From a virus (Duplodnaviria; Caudoviricetes), in the IMG/VR virus record IMGVR_UViG_3300048599_000033, positions 1 through 31,283 of that record: a stretch of 31,283 bases of DNA. The stretch is one strand, 5' to 3'. Shown here in pieces: positions 14,539 through 24,084 of the stretch; the first letter of the stretch is position 1; each line of letters begins with the position of its first letter. Below the pieces are notes generated by a model. The model was given only the letters and a program-made list of their open reading frames with translations, was not told the origin of the DNA and searched no databases. The translations under genes were made by a program, and so were the position numbers.

Positions 14539-17500
14539 CACGGCACCCCGACGAACGGCGAACCGATCTGCGCGCGCTCGCCGCGTCGCACCCGGAATTG
14601 CTCCTCTGCGTCGACGTCCTTCTGATCGAACGTCCATGTCCAGCGCAGCGGTCGGCGGTCGTCACCGCGCACGACATCGGCCTCGCCGGTTTTCATGTTC
14701 GTCACGACCACCTGATAGGACGGCGGCCGACGGTTCGCCGCGTCGGTATCCGTGCGCCGGTCCGCGATGATGGCATAGGTCCAGTTCCGGTCGGTCAGGC
14801 CGGTGCCGACATTCGCGGTCGATTGCGCGCCGTAGCGCGCGGCCAGTTCGGTTTCGAGTTGCGATCGCATCCAGTCGTGGCTTTCACCGAACGTCGGGTA
14901 ATGCTTCTCCGGCGCATGCAGCATCAGTTGCCCGCCGTTGACCCCCGACCGGCTCCAGCGAGTTTTCATCAGTTCGACGGCCTGCTCGTGCGCCTTGTCG
15001 GCGTTGCCGCCGGTTTCGTGATAGCGCCGCGCGAATATCGTCTCGTAGTCGCCCATCAGCGCGTCGCGCGTGGCCGGGTCGGTCGGAGCCACGGGATCGG
15101 AGAACCATGCGTCGTCGAACGCCTTGACGACCTCGCCGGCATCCTTCTTGCGCGCTTCCTTGCGGCCCGCGCTTTCCGCCGCATCGCGCCGCTCGCGCTG
15201 TTGCGGATCCTCGACCCGGCGCAATTCCTCCGCGACCTTTTCCGGCCCGAGATAGCGCAGGTTCGCCTGCCACGTCTTGAGCCGGTGCCACGTTTCCTCG
15301 CCGAAAAGCTTGGTGAAGGTCTGCGGCTCGCGCGCATAGAGGACATCGAGGCCGGACATCACCGCCCCGAAGCGCACAGGGTCCGCCGAGCGCGCAGCGC
15401 CCGCGACGGCTTCCTTCAAATCCTTGTTGTCCAGCGTCTGCACGAACATGTCGTCCGGCACCGCATTGAGCGCGCCGAAAGCCGCAATGACCTCCTGCGG
15501 CTGCCCGCCGCCGATCGCGCCAGCCAGGCGCAGCCGGTCAGCCTCCCGCAGCGCCGAGCCAAGCGGCGTATCCTTCGACGCCGCGACCTGCCGCGCGATC
15601 GTAACGCGCTGCCCGATGCCCACCCCGGCCGCCGCCGGCGAGGACAGGTTCAGCGGGTCCGGCACCTTCACGTTCGGGTCCGTCTCGACCGCGAGGCCGA
15701 TCGGATCGTCCTTCGCCATCTTGACCTGCCGCTCATACTGCTTCTCGAGCGCGGTCAGGATTTGCTGCCCGTTGACGGTCGCGCCCTCGCTTTCGAGTTT
15801 CACGCGCACGCGGTCCAGAAATGCCCGCTGCTGGTCGACCGGCACGTCTTTCAGGAGGCGGCCGTAGCCCTGCGCCGTGGCGAAGGCTTCGACCTCGTTG
15901 GACCAGCCGGTATCGCCCGACACCTTGGCCGCGTAGCGCAGCGCCTCGAATTCGGTCACGTCGGTCAGTTCGCCCCGCTCGATCATGCCCTTCATCTGGG
16001 GCCAGACCTTGCGCTGTTGCTCGACGTAGAATTTCTGCACGCCCTTGGCGGTATCGCCGAGCGCGGTCCCCGACGGTTCCGGCAGGGACGTGATATTGCC
16101 GACGACCTCGCCCACCGTTTTCGGCGTGCCGTCCTTCCGGTAGAAAATCGAATAGTTCGCCGCCGCGGCCGCCGGGTTGATCGTGGCCGCCACGGCACCG
16201 CGGTCGGCGCGCAGCATGGTCGCCGCGCCCTCCGCCCCGAGGAAATGCGCCGCGTACAGTTCGCCGGCGGACGGCTCGCGCCCGAGGACGCCGCGCAGGC
16301 TCGCCGCGTTCTGCGCCGTCAGGCTCGCCGCCAGTTCCGACGACACGACCGCGTCGCCGCGCAGTGCGAGGATTTGCTGCCGCGCGCGCGGGTCCGAGAC
16401 GACGTAGCGATTGCCGTCCTTCTCGATCTTTCCAGCCAGATCGGCGAGGCCGATCGACGCGCCGTTGTTCTTGAATTGCGCCAGCCACGTTTGATCGATG
16501 AAGCCGAAATAGCCGCCCGCCGTCGACGTGGTCGCCTTCGCATTCGGGTCGCCGCCGCTTTCGCGCGTAACCGTCCGCACGAGATAGTCCGCCGGCACGC
16601 CGCGCTTGAACGCCGCCGCCTCGATGGCCCCGGTCAGTTCCGGCGACAATTCGCCCCGCATGCGCGCCACGTCGGCGCCAAGCTGCGGCAGCGTCTTGCC
16701 GCCGCCCGGCCGGTATTCCCGCGTCGCGTCGGCGATGCCGGCCTTCACCATCAGGGTCCGGTATTCGCGGAACGCGCCCGTGCGGCTCAACTCCGCCGCG
16801 ACCTCCCGGATTTCACCGGGATCGACATCCACATTCGCATCGATGCGCGAGATCACGTCTTTCGACACATCGACGGCGGCAACGCGGTCCTCTTTCAGCC
16901 GCCCCTGCTCGAGCCGGATCGACGCCAGACCCTTGTTGAAGATCTTGTCGCGGGTCGAGCTTTTCAGCGAGAGCGCATCGTTCTCCCGCACGTTGCGGGT
17001 CAGGAATTCGACCGCCGCGTCGAAGCCCTTTTCGCGATAGACGTTCAGCGCGGCGCGGCTGGCCATTTCGCCCTGCGCCTGGCCGGTCAAGTCCTCGCGC
17101 GCGTATTCGGCCATTTCCGGCGCCATCTTGCCGGACGCCACCGCCGTATCGAGAACGGCGTTGTGGACTTCCATCGCGGCCTGGAATTCGGGCGTGCCGA
17201 CCTTGCCGGCCGCCGCCATGCCCATCACGTCCTCCGCCGCCGTGAGGCGACGCGCTTTCAGGCTTTCGGTCGCGCGGACATCGTCGTCGCGCCGCTTCTC
17301 GCCGAGGATCGCGGAATAGTTCGCATCCGCCATGCCGCCGAGATACCGCTTCGCGTGCGGGATCATCCGCTCCGGCACTTGCCCGACCGCGCCGTCGGTA
17401 TGCGCCTGCGCCCAATTCTTGAAGCCCTCCGGGTCGCCGGCGAAACGGTCCCGCGCGTCGATGAATTGCTGGCGATGATCGTTTTCGAAATCCGCGCGCA

Positions 17501-17690
17501 TGCCTGCGTCCTGCAGGTCAATCTCCTTCTGCGCGTAGGAAAAACCGGCCCGCGAAATGCGGTCGCCCGCCTCCGCAATGCGGTTCCATTCCGGCGCGGC
17601 CGACAGTGCGGCGGCCGAGCGCATGTCGATGCTGGTCGATGTCGTGACGCCGTTTCGCTTCGGAAGCGGAAGGCCGGTGCCCTGTGCCAT
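14538..17690 (-). CDS. Internal virion protein with lytic transglycosylase (SLT-like) domain
   Basis: 1050 aa, helical. Central TRESGGDPNAKATTSTAGGYFGFIDQTW...LYAAHFLGAEGA motifs. Confidence 0.85.
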   Translation of the reverse strand: MAQGTGLPLPKRNGVTTSTSIDMRSAAALSAAPEWNRIAEAGDRISRAGFSYAQKEIDLQDAGMRADFENDHRQQFIDARDRFAGDPEGFKNWAQAHTDGAVGQVPERMIPHAKRYLGGMADANYSAILGEKRRDDDVRATESLKARRLTAAEDVMGMAAAGKVGTPEFQAAMEVHNAVLDTAVASGKMAPEMAEYAREDLTGQAQGEMASRAALNVYREKGFDAAVEFLTRNVRENDALSLKSSTRDKIFNKGLASIRLEQGRLKEDRVAAVDVSKDVISRIDANVDVDPGEIREVAAELSRTGAFREYRTLMVKAGIADATREYRPGGGKTLPQLGADVARMRGELSPELTGAIEAAAFKRGVPADYLVRTVTRESGGDPNAKATTSTAGGYFGFIDQTWLAQFKNNGASIGLADLAGKIEKDGNRYVVSDPRARQQILALRGDAVVSSELAASLTAQNAASLRGVLGREPSAGELYAAHFLGAEGAATMLRADRGAVAATINPAAAAANYSIFYRKDGTPKTVGEVVGNITSLPEPSGTALGDTAKGVQKFYVEQQRKVWPQMKGMIERGELTDVTEFEALRYAAKVSGDTGWSNEVEAFATAQGYGRLLKDVPVDQQRAFLDRVRVKLESEGATVNGQQILTALEKQYERQVKMAKDDPIGLAVETDPNVKVPDPLNLSSPAAAGVGIGQRVTIARQVAASKDTPLGSALREADRLRLAGAIGGGQPQEVIAAFGALNAVPDDMFVQTLDNKDLKEAVAGAARSADPVRFGAVMSGLDVLYAREPQTFTKLFGEETWHRLKTWQANLRYLGPEKVAEELRRVEDPQQRERRDAAESAGRKEARKKDAGEVVKAFDDAWFSDPVAPTDPATRDALMGDYETIFARRYHETGGNADKAHEQAVELMKTRWSRSGVNGGQLMLHAPEKHYPTFGESHDWMRSQLETELAARYGAQSTANVGTGLTDRNWTYAIIADRRTDTDAANRRPPSYQVVVTNMKTGEADVVRGDDRRPLRWTWTFDQKDVDAEEQFRVRRGERAQIGSPFVGVP

Positions 17691-17694
17691 GGCT

Positions 17695-18162
17695 CTATCC
17701 GTGCCTCGCCTGGCTCGACGCCGTGCTGACGCCCTGCGCGATCTTCGACCCGGCTTCCAGCACGCCCGCGAGCATCGACGCCTTGGCCTTGCGCTGCAGC
17801 ATGTAACTGGCCTGCCGGTTCGTTTCGATCTTCTGCCGCGTGTTGAACCGCTCGATTGCGATGTCGCGCTCGCTGTCCTCGATCGCGGAATTGTAGATCG
17901 CCCGCCCGGTCGGCGACGCCGCGCCCACCCCGCGCCCGGCCCGCAGCGCGGCGATGGTTTCCATCGAGGACGTCAAATCCTCGCGCCGCCGCGCTTCGGT
18001 CTGATCCGCGGCAATGGCAACATTCTTGGACTCGATTTCCAGTTGCTGCTTCTGCCACATCGAAGCGCGCGAGGATTCCTGCCCCGCCTTGATGGAGCCA
18101 TAGGCGGACAGCCCCGCGCCAGCGAGGCCCACCGCGATTCCGATTGGTGCCATTGCTGCCAT
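17695..18162 (-). CDS. Small internal virion protein (T7 gp14-like position)
   Basis: Gly/Ala hydrophobic N-terminus, Gln/Ala-rich helices and AGRGVG motif. Follows tail tube B. Confidence 0.75.
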   Translation of the reverse strand: MAAMAPIGIAVGLAGAGLSAYGSIKAGQESSRASMWQKQQLEIESKNVAIAADQTEARRREDLTSSMETIAALRAGRGVGAASPTGRAIYNSAIEDSERDIAIERFNTRQKIETNRQASYMLQRKAKASMLAGVLEAGSKIAQGVSTASSQARHG

Positions 18163-20297
18163 TACCAGGCCACCGTTTGCTTGACCGCCAGCACTTCAAG
18201 AGGAAGCGGGTCCGGCTGATTGAACAGGATCGTCGGCTCGCGCTCCCAGCCGAGAAACTGGAATCGCTGCGGCCCGTTTTTCACGGGCGGCGGCTCATCC
18301 ACATCGTCGCTCACCTGATAGGCGGCAAGGGTGAAGCCGTCGGCCGCAAACCGCTGCGAGCCGATCACGTGCGCGTAGCATTCCAGAATTCGCATGTAGT
18401 CGCCGGCAAGCGGACCCTCCGGCCCGTCGATCACGGGCGGCAACGTCTCGATCTCGCTGTCATAGTAGATGCCGACGACATAAGGCCCCTCCGGGACCGT
18501 GGTCGTCTGGATCGGATAGGTGCCAAGGTGATACTGCGTCCCGACGACGACGTTGACTTCCGTCCCGCCGTATCGCGTCGGAATGCCGGCATCCATCAGG
18601 GCTTCCGTCGCATATTCCGTTGCGGCGTCGAGCGTCACGTCCTGGTCGAAAATCTCGAACAGATATTTCGTGTTGCCCGCGATGGTGCGGCGCGTGGCGA
18701 TAAGTACCTGGTCGCGCAGCGCGGCGATCGACTGCACGATCCCGTCCGTCACCCAAGGCGTGAAGTTGCGGATATTCTGCTTCTCGACGAGTTGCATCAC
18801 GGCCAGCGTGCCGTCCTCGTTGCGGAAGATCGCATACCGCTCCGGACCGCCGCCGAAATTCGACGTGACCGCAAACTCGGTCGGATTGTCGATCATGTGA
18901 TGCGCGAGCAGCGAGACTTCGTCCGCCTCCCATTGGCGTGACAGATCGCCGGTCGGCCGCGCCTTGATGACCAGCGAGCCGGACACGAACAGCACGCCGT
19001 TGTCGAACGATTGCGCCCGCGCGGTCGCGGTGATCGGCCATTTCGACCCGAACGGAAAGAAGGCCATCGAGGACGGCCGGAACGGAGCGGTCGCCGTCTC
19101 TGGCACGTAATAGAGCCCGTTGTCGGTTGCGACGAGGAGTTGTTCCGCGCTGTAAAGCTGCACGATGCGCGAGGCGCCGGCATCGCCAACACTTTCGATA
19201 ATCGCGTCCGTGTCGCTCCCGTCGCCGACATTGAAGTCGTACAGGTTGCCGGTCGCGGATGCGACGAGATAGTCCGGCGCCTCCGGGTGGCCGGCGAACA
19301 GGAGCCGGTTGCGATGAATTTCGACGGTCCCCGGATAGCCGTAAACCGGCCCGAACATCTGTTCGTCCCAATCCACGACGGCCGCCTTGGTGCCCGCGGA
19401 CGCCACGCTGGAAATAGCGGTCGATGCATTCGGCCCGACGAGCGTTTCCGCCGCGAACGGCGTCAGGCCATCGAGGATCACGACGAAAATGCTGGTCGCG
19501 TCCGGAATAGACGTGATGAGCCCGCGCGCGCTGGACGTGCCGCCTTCGACGATTTCCCCGACCGCGAAGCTCGCCGACGACGTGACGGTCAGATCCTGCG
19601 TGTCCGGCAGCGTCTCGATCACCGTCGCCGTGCAGGAAAGACCGTTGGCCGCGACCGCAGTGATGAGGCACGACTTCTCGACGTAGCGGACATAGGAGCC
19701 GATATGCCCCGCGACGAAAACCGACTCAGACGCGGTCAGCGTAATCGAGCCAGTCAGCGCCGACGGCTGCAGCGTCACGTCGGCATCGACGAATTTCAGA
19801 TACGGCTGTTCCGGCCGCGACGCCGGCCCGACTTCGTAGGAGATCGCCGCGCGCGACCACGTCGCTGCGCCCGTGCGCGCGATGACCTGAATTTCCATGT
19901 CCGGATGCACGACGAACATCGTGTTTCCCGACTGCCGGACCTGCATTTCGGCGACAATGCTGGAATCCCACGGCGCTCCCGTGATCGAACCGGCGGCGGC
20001 CACGGTCACGTCGGAGCCGTCGATCGTCACCGAATAGGCGTCCATGCGCGTGTCGGAGAAGATCACGGCATAGAGCGTCGTTTCGTTGACGACCCACTCC
20101 TCGATCCGGGACGTGCCGGGAAGGTCGGCCAGGTACAGCGAGCCCGGCCGGCGCTTGGTGCCGCCGCCGATCATGCAACGGCGGTTCAGCAGCGACTTTG
20201 CACCGTTCTGATATTGCTCCGTGTCCTGCCGCATTTCGAGCCCGGGCGCGAGTTCGCCGGCCGAGAAATTGGTCTGGAGCGTCTTGCGGCGGGCCAT
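18162..20297 (-). CDS. Tail tubular protein B / nozzle (T7 gp12, P22 gp10-like)
   Basis: QTNFSAGEL...GGTKRRPG N-terminus and GYPGTVEIHRNRLLFAG. 711 aa from ATG 20297. Confidence 0.88.
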   Translation of the reverse strand: MARRKTLQTNFSAGELAPGLEMRQDTEQYQNGAKSLLNRRCMIGGGTKRRPGSLYLADLPGTSRIEEWVVNETTLYAVIFSDTRMDAYSVTIDGSDVTVAAAGSITGAPWDSSIVAEMQVRQSGNTMFVVHPDMEIQVIARTGAATWSRAAISYEVGPASRPEQPYLKFVDADVTLQPSALTGSITLTASESVFVAGHIGSYVRYVEKSCLITAVAANGLSCTATVIETLPDTQDLTVTSSASFAVGEIVEGGTSSARGLITSIPDATSIFVVILDGLTPFAAETLVGPNASTAISSVASAGTKAAVVDWDEQMFGPVYGYPGTVEIHRNRLLFAGHPEAPDYLVASATGNLYDFNVGDGSDTDAIIESVGDAGASRIVQLYSAEQLLVATDNGLYYVPETATAPFRPSSMAFFPFGSKWPITATARAQSFDNGVLFVSGSLVIKARPTGDLSRQWEADEVSLLAHHMIDNPTEFAVTSNFGGGPERYAIFRNEDGTLAVMQLVEKQNIRNFTPWVTDGIVQSIAALRDQVLIATRRTIAGNTKYLFEIFDQDVTLDAATEYATEALMDAGIPTRYGGTEVNVVVGTQYHLGTYPIQTTTVPEGPYVVGIYYDSEIETLPPVIDGPEGPLAGDYMRILECYAHVIGSQRFAADGFTLAAYQVSDDVDEPPPVKNGPQRFQFLGWEREPTILFNQPDPLPLEVLAVKQTVAW

Positions 20298-20301
20298 CGG
20301 A

Positions 20302-20934
20302 TCACGACCCAAAATAGTCTGCGTCGGCCCCCGTCGACCGCGTGTTGACACTGCCGCGACGGGCCGCCAGCGTCGGCGACGTGTAGGGATCGCGCGGCGT
20401 CTGGCTCTGGCTGTCCCGGTTGCGGGCCTTGGCGAATTGCTCGTTTGCCCGCGCGTCCGCGTCGTCGGCTTCGCGATGCCGCTCCCCGATACCGCGCAGG
20501 AACATCGCCTCGCAGCGCAGGATCATGCCGAGCCGGAACCATGCCGGCCAATCCACTTCGGCCGCGCGCCAGACGTAATGCAAAATCACTTCGTCATCCT
20601 CCGCCGCGTCGCAGAGGATCGTGTCGCCGTGCACGGCATAGTTGATCGGATTGCCCGCCACCTTCACGGAACGGATGTCGACCATATCCTCCGGAAGCTG
20701 GTAGGCCGCCGTCCACGGCTCCGGCGGCTCTCCGACTTCGTCAGGGTCCAGCCGCGCGAGTTGCGCCGTATTCGATGCCCGTTTCCACGGGTAATTCGAC
20801 AATTCCCCCTCGACCAGCACTTCATAGTTCGAATTGGCGATCACGGCGCCGATGTCCGTCGACGACAGCGACGTGATCGGATTGTTGCCGGATCGGGTCA
20901 GGGCGGCGTTGATGATGGAAAGGTCGGTCGCCAT
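20302..20934 (-). CDS. Tail tubular protein A / adaptor (T7 gp11-like)
   Basis: TDLSIINAALTRSG..PITSL, YPW and AYQLPED motifs. Directly upstream of tube B. Confidence 0.85.
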   Translation of the reverse strand: MATDLSIINAALTRSGNNPITSLSSTDIGAVIANSNYEVLVEGELSNYPWKRASNTAQLARLDPDEVGEPPEPWTAAYQLPEDMVDIRSVKVAGNPINYAVHGDTILCDAAEDDEVILHYVWRAAEVDWPAWFRLGMILRCEAMFLRGIGERHREADDADARANEQFAKARNRDSQSQTPRDPYTSPTLAARRGSVNTRSTGADADYFGS

Positions 20935-20976
20935 GGCCCCGACCGTGCGGCGGGACCGTCAGGCGCGGCAACGCAC
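20935..20976 (-). promoter_or_regulatory. Candidate late promoter (GTGCGTTG motif) for the tail/internal protein unit
   Basis: GTGCGTTG (20976-20969)-N21-CACGGT-N7-ATG(20934). Confidence 0.7.
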
Positions 20977-21000
20977 CGGCGCAGGGTAGAAGCGGCCCGC

Positions 21001-21753
21001 CTAGAACACCGAGAACATGCGATGCTTGCCCGGGACAACCGGCGTATAGACGAGAACGATAAGACCGGCAGCGCCAGCGCCCGGCGTTTCCGATGACGTA
21101 AAGCAACCGCCACCGCCACCGCCACGAGCGCCACCAGCGCCCGGCGTGCGTGTCCCGGTATTTGAGCCGCCACCGCCGGAGCCAGAGCCGTGCGTCGTGT
21201 ATTCCGTGCCGGCGTTGCCCGCAGCGCCGATGGTTGCGCCCGCAGCGCCGGAGGGGACAGAGCCGCCGGTCGTGGTCGTGGCGTTGCCGCCAACGCCCGC
21301 GTTGGACGCCGCAGCGCCACCGCCACCGCCGATTGTGCCACTGCCCGACGCGCCGTTGCCGCCTGCGTTCTTGGTGTCGCCTACGATGCCAGCGCCGGAC
21401 GAACCGCCGGTTCCTGCTGTGGTCGAATTGGACTGCCCGCCGCCGCCCCCCCTTGCACTGCAAGACGCCGTGCCAATATTGGCCCCGTTGAACCATGTGT
21501 CGCCGCCGGCCGTGCCATGCGAAGCGCCCGAGCCGACCGCACCAGCCGCTCCGACCGCGATGTCGATTGTTGCGCTTGGCGTCAGGGAGACGCTGTTCGT
21601 GCGCGAGAACCCGCCGCCACCGGCGCCGGAGCCGCAGAACGTCGCGCCACCATCGCCACCGCCACCACCGCCACCAATGCAATCAACCTGCCCACCAGCA
21701 CAATCGGACGGGACAGCATACGTTGTGCCGGACGTGATGATAATCGTTGTCAT
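21001..21753 (-). CDS. Glycine-rich fibre-tip-like protein
   Basis: TSGTTYAVP...CIGGGGGGG...GAGGGG...IAVGAAG...GGDTWF...GAAGLIVL, the phage Gly-rich domain pattern. Confidence 0.8.
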   Translation of the reverse strand: MTTIIITSGTTYAVPSDCAGGQVDCIGGGGGGGDGGATFCGSGAGGGGFSRTNSVSLTPSATIDIAVGAAGAVGSGASHGTAGGDTWFNGANIGTASCSARGGGGGQSNSTTAGTGGSSGAGIVGDTKNAGGNGASGSGTIGGGGGAAASNAGVGGNATTTTGGSVPSGAAGATIGAAGNAGTEYTTHGSGSGGGGSNTGTRTPGAGGARGGGGGGCFTSSETPGAGAAGLIVLVYTPVVPGKHRMFSVF

Positions 21754-22145
21754 CGCTCGCGCTCCGTCGCGACTTCAACTTCCTCAGTCACCTTGCGCGA
21801 GAATTCGTCCTTGCCGCTGTCATAAACCCAACCACGGTCCGCCTTGTCGTGAAGCCGCAGCGTCTTTCCGGGGAACGTCGCCGCATCAAGTTCGGGATCG
21901 GCCATCAGAACGTCCACGACATCGCCCTTCTCATCGATCACGACGCAGCGCGGATCGGGTGGCTTGACGCCCGTCGCGGCGAGAACTGCCGCATCGCACG
22001 CCTCCATCGAGGGGATGCCGTCGCTATCGAATTCTGCCAGCGCCTCGCCCTGCGAGACATGCCCGGCCAACTCGCGCGGATGGTCCGGCACGACAATGCG
22101 ACGGATGATCTTGGACCCGGCCGCGTAGATGACGCCGACGCGCAT
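21750..22145 (-). CDS. Hypothetical protein, possible fibre assembly chaperone
   Basis: 131 aa from ATG 22145. The C-terminal half, VVIDEKGDVVDVLM...GWVYD..F, resembles chaperones that accompany Gly-rich fibres. Confidence 0.65.
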   Translation of the reverse strand: MRVGVIYAAGSKIIRRIVVPDHPRELAGHVSQGEALAEFDSDGIPSMEACDAAVLAATGVKPPDPRCVVIDEKGDVVDVLMADPELDAATFPGKTLRLHDKADRGWVYDSGKDEFSRKVTEEVEVATERER

Positions 22146-23656
22146 CAGTAGCCCTTCGCGTAGGCGACAACATCCCAACGGCTGTCCGTGCCGTTGTAGA
22201 TGCAGCCGATATAATCGATCTTGCCGGACGCGGTTTCCGTCAGAACCGTAATGTCGGAGCCGTACCGGAATGCACCGGCCGAACCCGTCGTCAGCGTCAG
22301 CGTTCGCGCGCCGCCGCTCGCAAGGTGCCGGATGACGATCTTTTGTCCGTTCGTCGCGTTCGTCGGCGCATCCATTGTCCGGCTGCCCGCTGCGGACAGC
22401 GTGAACACGTTGCCGAGAGACGCATCAAGCGCCACGTTCGCACCATCGCTCAACGCAACAGGCGTCTCGACATTCGCCGCGGAAAAAGTCTGCTTGGCCG
22501 TGAACGACTGCGCGACGTCCAGCTTCGCAGTGTCGGCATCGTAAGCCTGGACCGTCACGCCGATGCGACCATCATCGAGGATGGCATTCGCGCCAATCTT
22601 CGGAACGCCGGTGCCCTTGCCGGCCAGCAAGAGATCGATGTCCGTGTCATCGCCGACCGCCGAAATGATCGGCCCGCCGCCGGTTGCCTGATTTTCGATG
22701 TTGACGTGATTGACCGCGGAAGCATCCTCGATGAAGGTCAGAAGCTCGCGCGTCCCGTCGCCGATGGCCTGCCCGTTGACGTCGAGCATGCCGCCAAGCT
22801 GCGGCGTCGTGTCCTCGACAACCTCCGCAATGCCGCCACCCGCGCCCGGCAGGGCGGACCAATCAACTTTGCGCAGATCGCCTTCGGCCCCGTAGATCAA
22901 CACATAGTCGCCGGTCGCGGGCGCTGCTTCGGCCGTGATGTCCCCGAGCGCGATGGCAGCCATCGCGCCGGCCGTGTCATCCCATGCGATGATGCGGTCA
23001 ACCCCGGGATCGGCTATCGCCAATGTCGAGCGGCCGGCCGCGGTCGTCGTCAGCGCGGCGACGGCAGTCAGATCAGCGTCGAGCGGCTGAAACGCCGCGT
23101 TCGCGCCGGATACCGAGTAAAAATCCGTACCAGCCTCGAGATCGAGCAAGGTGCGCATCGCCGCATAATCTGCGGCCGACACAAGCGACTGCCCATTCGC
23201 GGACGGCGTGACAGTTGCCCACGTATCGAGTTGAGCGTCCCAAGCCTGGACATGCGTGCCGATGGTCAGGCCGAGAGACGCGCGCGCGGTCGCGCCGCTC
23301 TCCGCGACCCAAGTCGAGCCGTTGCCGACGATCACATTGCCGTCTGTTGGCGTCAGACCCGAAATAGCGAGGAGTGCGGCGTCGTCGATGTTGATCGTGA
23401 TCGTGTTGGTCGCGCCGGAAGTCGCGATCCCCGTACCGCCGGCGATCGTGAGCGTTTCCGACGAAAGTTGAATGACAACCGAACCGCTGTCCCCGGCAAG
23501 AGTGAGATCGGGCGAACCGATGTCGCCGACGCCATCGTAGATCGCTTTCAAAAGACTGATAGCGGACCATTCCGATGACGTGTCGGTCGCAACCGGATCC
23601 TCGGGCGCTCCAAGGATACGCATCCAGTCGCGATATTTCGGAGAAAGTTGGCTCAT
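22145..23656 (-). CDS. Fibre-like virion protein
   Basis: 503 aa, Thr/Ala/Gly-rich, with repeats VQAWDAQL / FQPLDADL / VQAYDADT, DTTPQLGGMLDVNG and a beta-rich C-terminal domain. Confidence 0.75.
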   Translation of the reverse strand: MSQLSPKYRDWMRILGAPEDPVATDTSSEWSAISLLKAIYDGVGDIGSPDLTLAGDSGSVVIQLSSETLTIAGGTGIATSGATNTITINIDDAALLAISGLTPTDGNVIVGNGSTWVAESGATARASLGLTIGTHVQAWDAQLDTWATVTPSANGQSLVSAADYAAMRTLLDLEAGTDFYSVSGANAAFQPLDADLTAVAALTTTAAGRSTLAIADPGVDRIIAWDDTAGAMAAIALGDITAEAAPATGDYVLIYGAEGDLRKVDWSALPGAGGGIAEVVEDTTPQLGGMLDVNGQAIGDGTRELLTFIEDASAVNHVNIENQATGGGPIISAVGDDTDIDLLLAGKGTGVPKIGANAILDDGRIGVTVQAYDADTAKLDVAQSFTAKQTFSAANVETPVALSDGANVALDASLGNVFTLSAAGSRTMDAPTNATNGQKIVIRHLASGGARTLTLTTGSAGAFRYGSDITVLTETASGKIDYIGCIYNGTDSRWDVVAYAKGY

Positions 23657-23994
23657 GCCGGCACCCCGACTCCGGCGGCAATCCCCTTGAGCAAAGAGAT
23701 TGCAGACCAGCTTCCGGTGTCTGTAGCCGGAGGATCGCTGCGCTCGCCAAGCACGCGCAGCATATCGTTGAATAGCGGCGGCCTCGAATTCACGGCGCCA
23801 GCGCCTGTCCCGTCCGCCGTGCCGAGTTGCGAGGCAATTCCCTTGAGATAGGCGAAGGCGCTGTTCGTGGTGTTGATTGCGGTCGCCTTCGCAACGCCGG
23901 GATGGCCAATCGATTCCATCGGATCGACGACAGTCCGCCCGACCGCGTTAATTTCGGTCGTGAAGCCCGATGGATATGCGCGCCATGCTGGCAT
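23653..23994 (-). CDS. Small virion protein with a repeated helical motif
   Basis: 113 aa. Two copies of a motif ending SA(F/I)xxLKGI that is shared with the N-terminus of the next gene. Confidence 0.7.
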   Translation of the reverse strand: MPAWRAYPSGFTTEINAVGRTVVDPMESIGHPGVAKATAINTTNSAFAYLKGIASQLGTADGTGAGAVNSRPPLFNDMLRVLGERSDPPATDTGSWSAISLLKGIAAGVGVPA

Positions 23995-24035
23995 AGGGCG
24001 ACAATGCGTGGGAGTGAAAGGCTTTCACAACGCAC
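23995..24035 (-). promoter_or_regulatory. Candidate late promoter (GTGCGTTG motif) for the fibre unit
   Basis: GTGCGTTG (24035-24028)-N21-CATTGT-N6-ATG(23994). Confidence 0.7.
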
Positions 24036-24059
24036 AGACCCGCCACAAGGGCGGGCCTG
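24035..24059 (-). terminator. GC hairpin, possible weak terminator or processing stem after the capsid cluster
   Basis: - strand CAGGCCCGCC-CTTGT-GGCGGGTCTG, a 10-bp stem followed by TGCGTTGT (poor U-tract). Confidence 0.5.
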
Positions 24060-24084
24060 CAGATCGTTGTATCGGTGGCGCGCC

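Noticed and set aside
21001-21753. GCCACC/GCCGCC tandem-like repeats
   Set aside because: Explained by poly-Gly codons of the Gly-rich protein.
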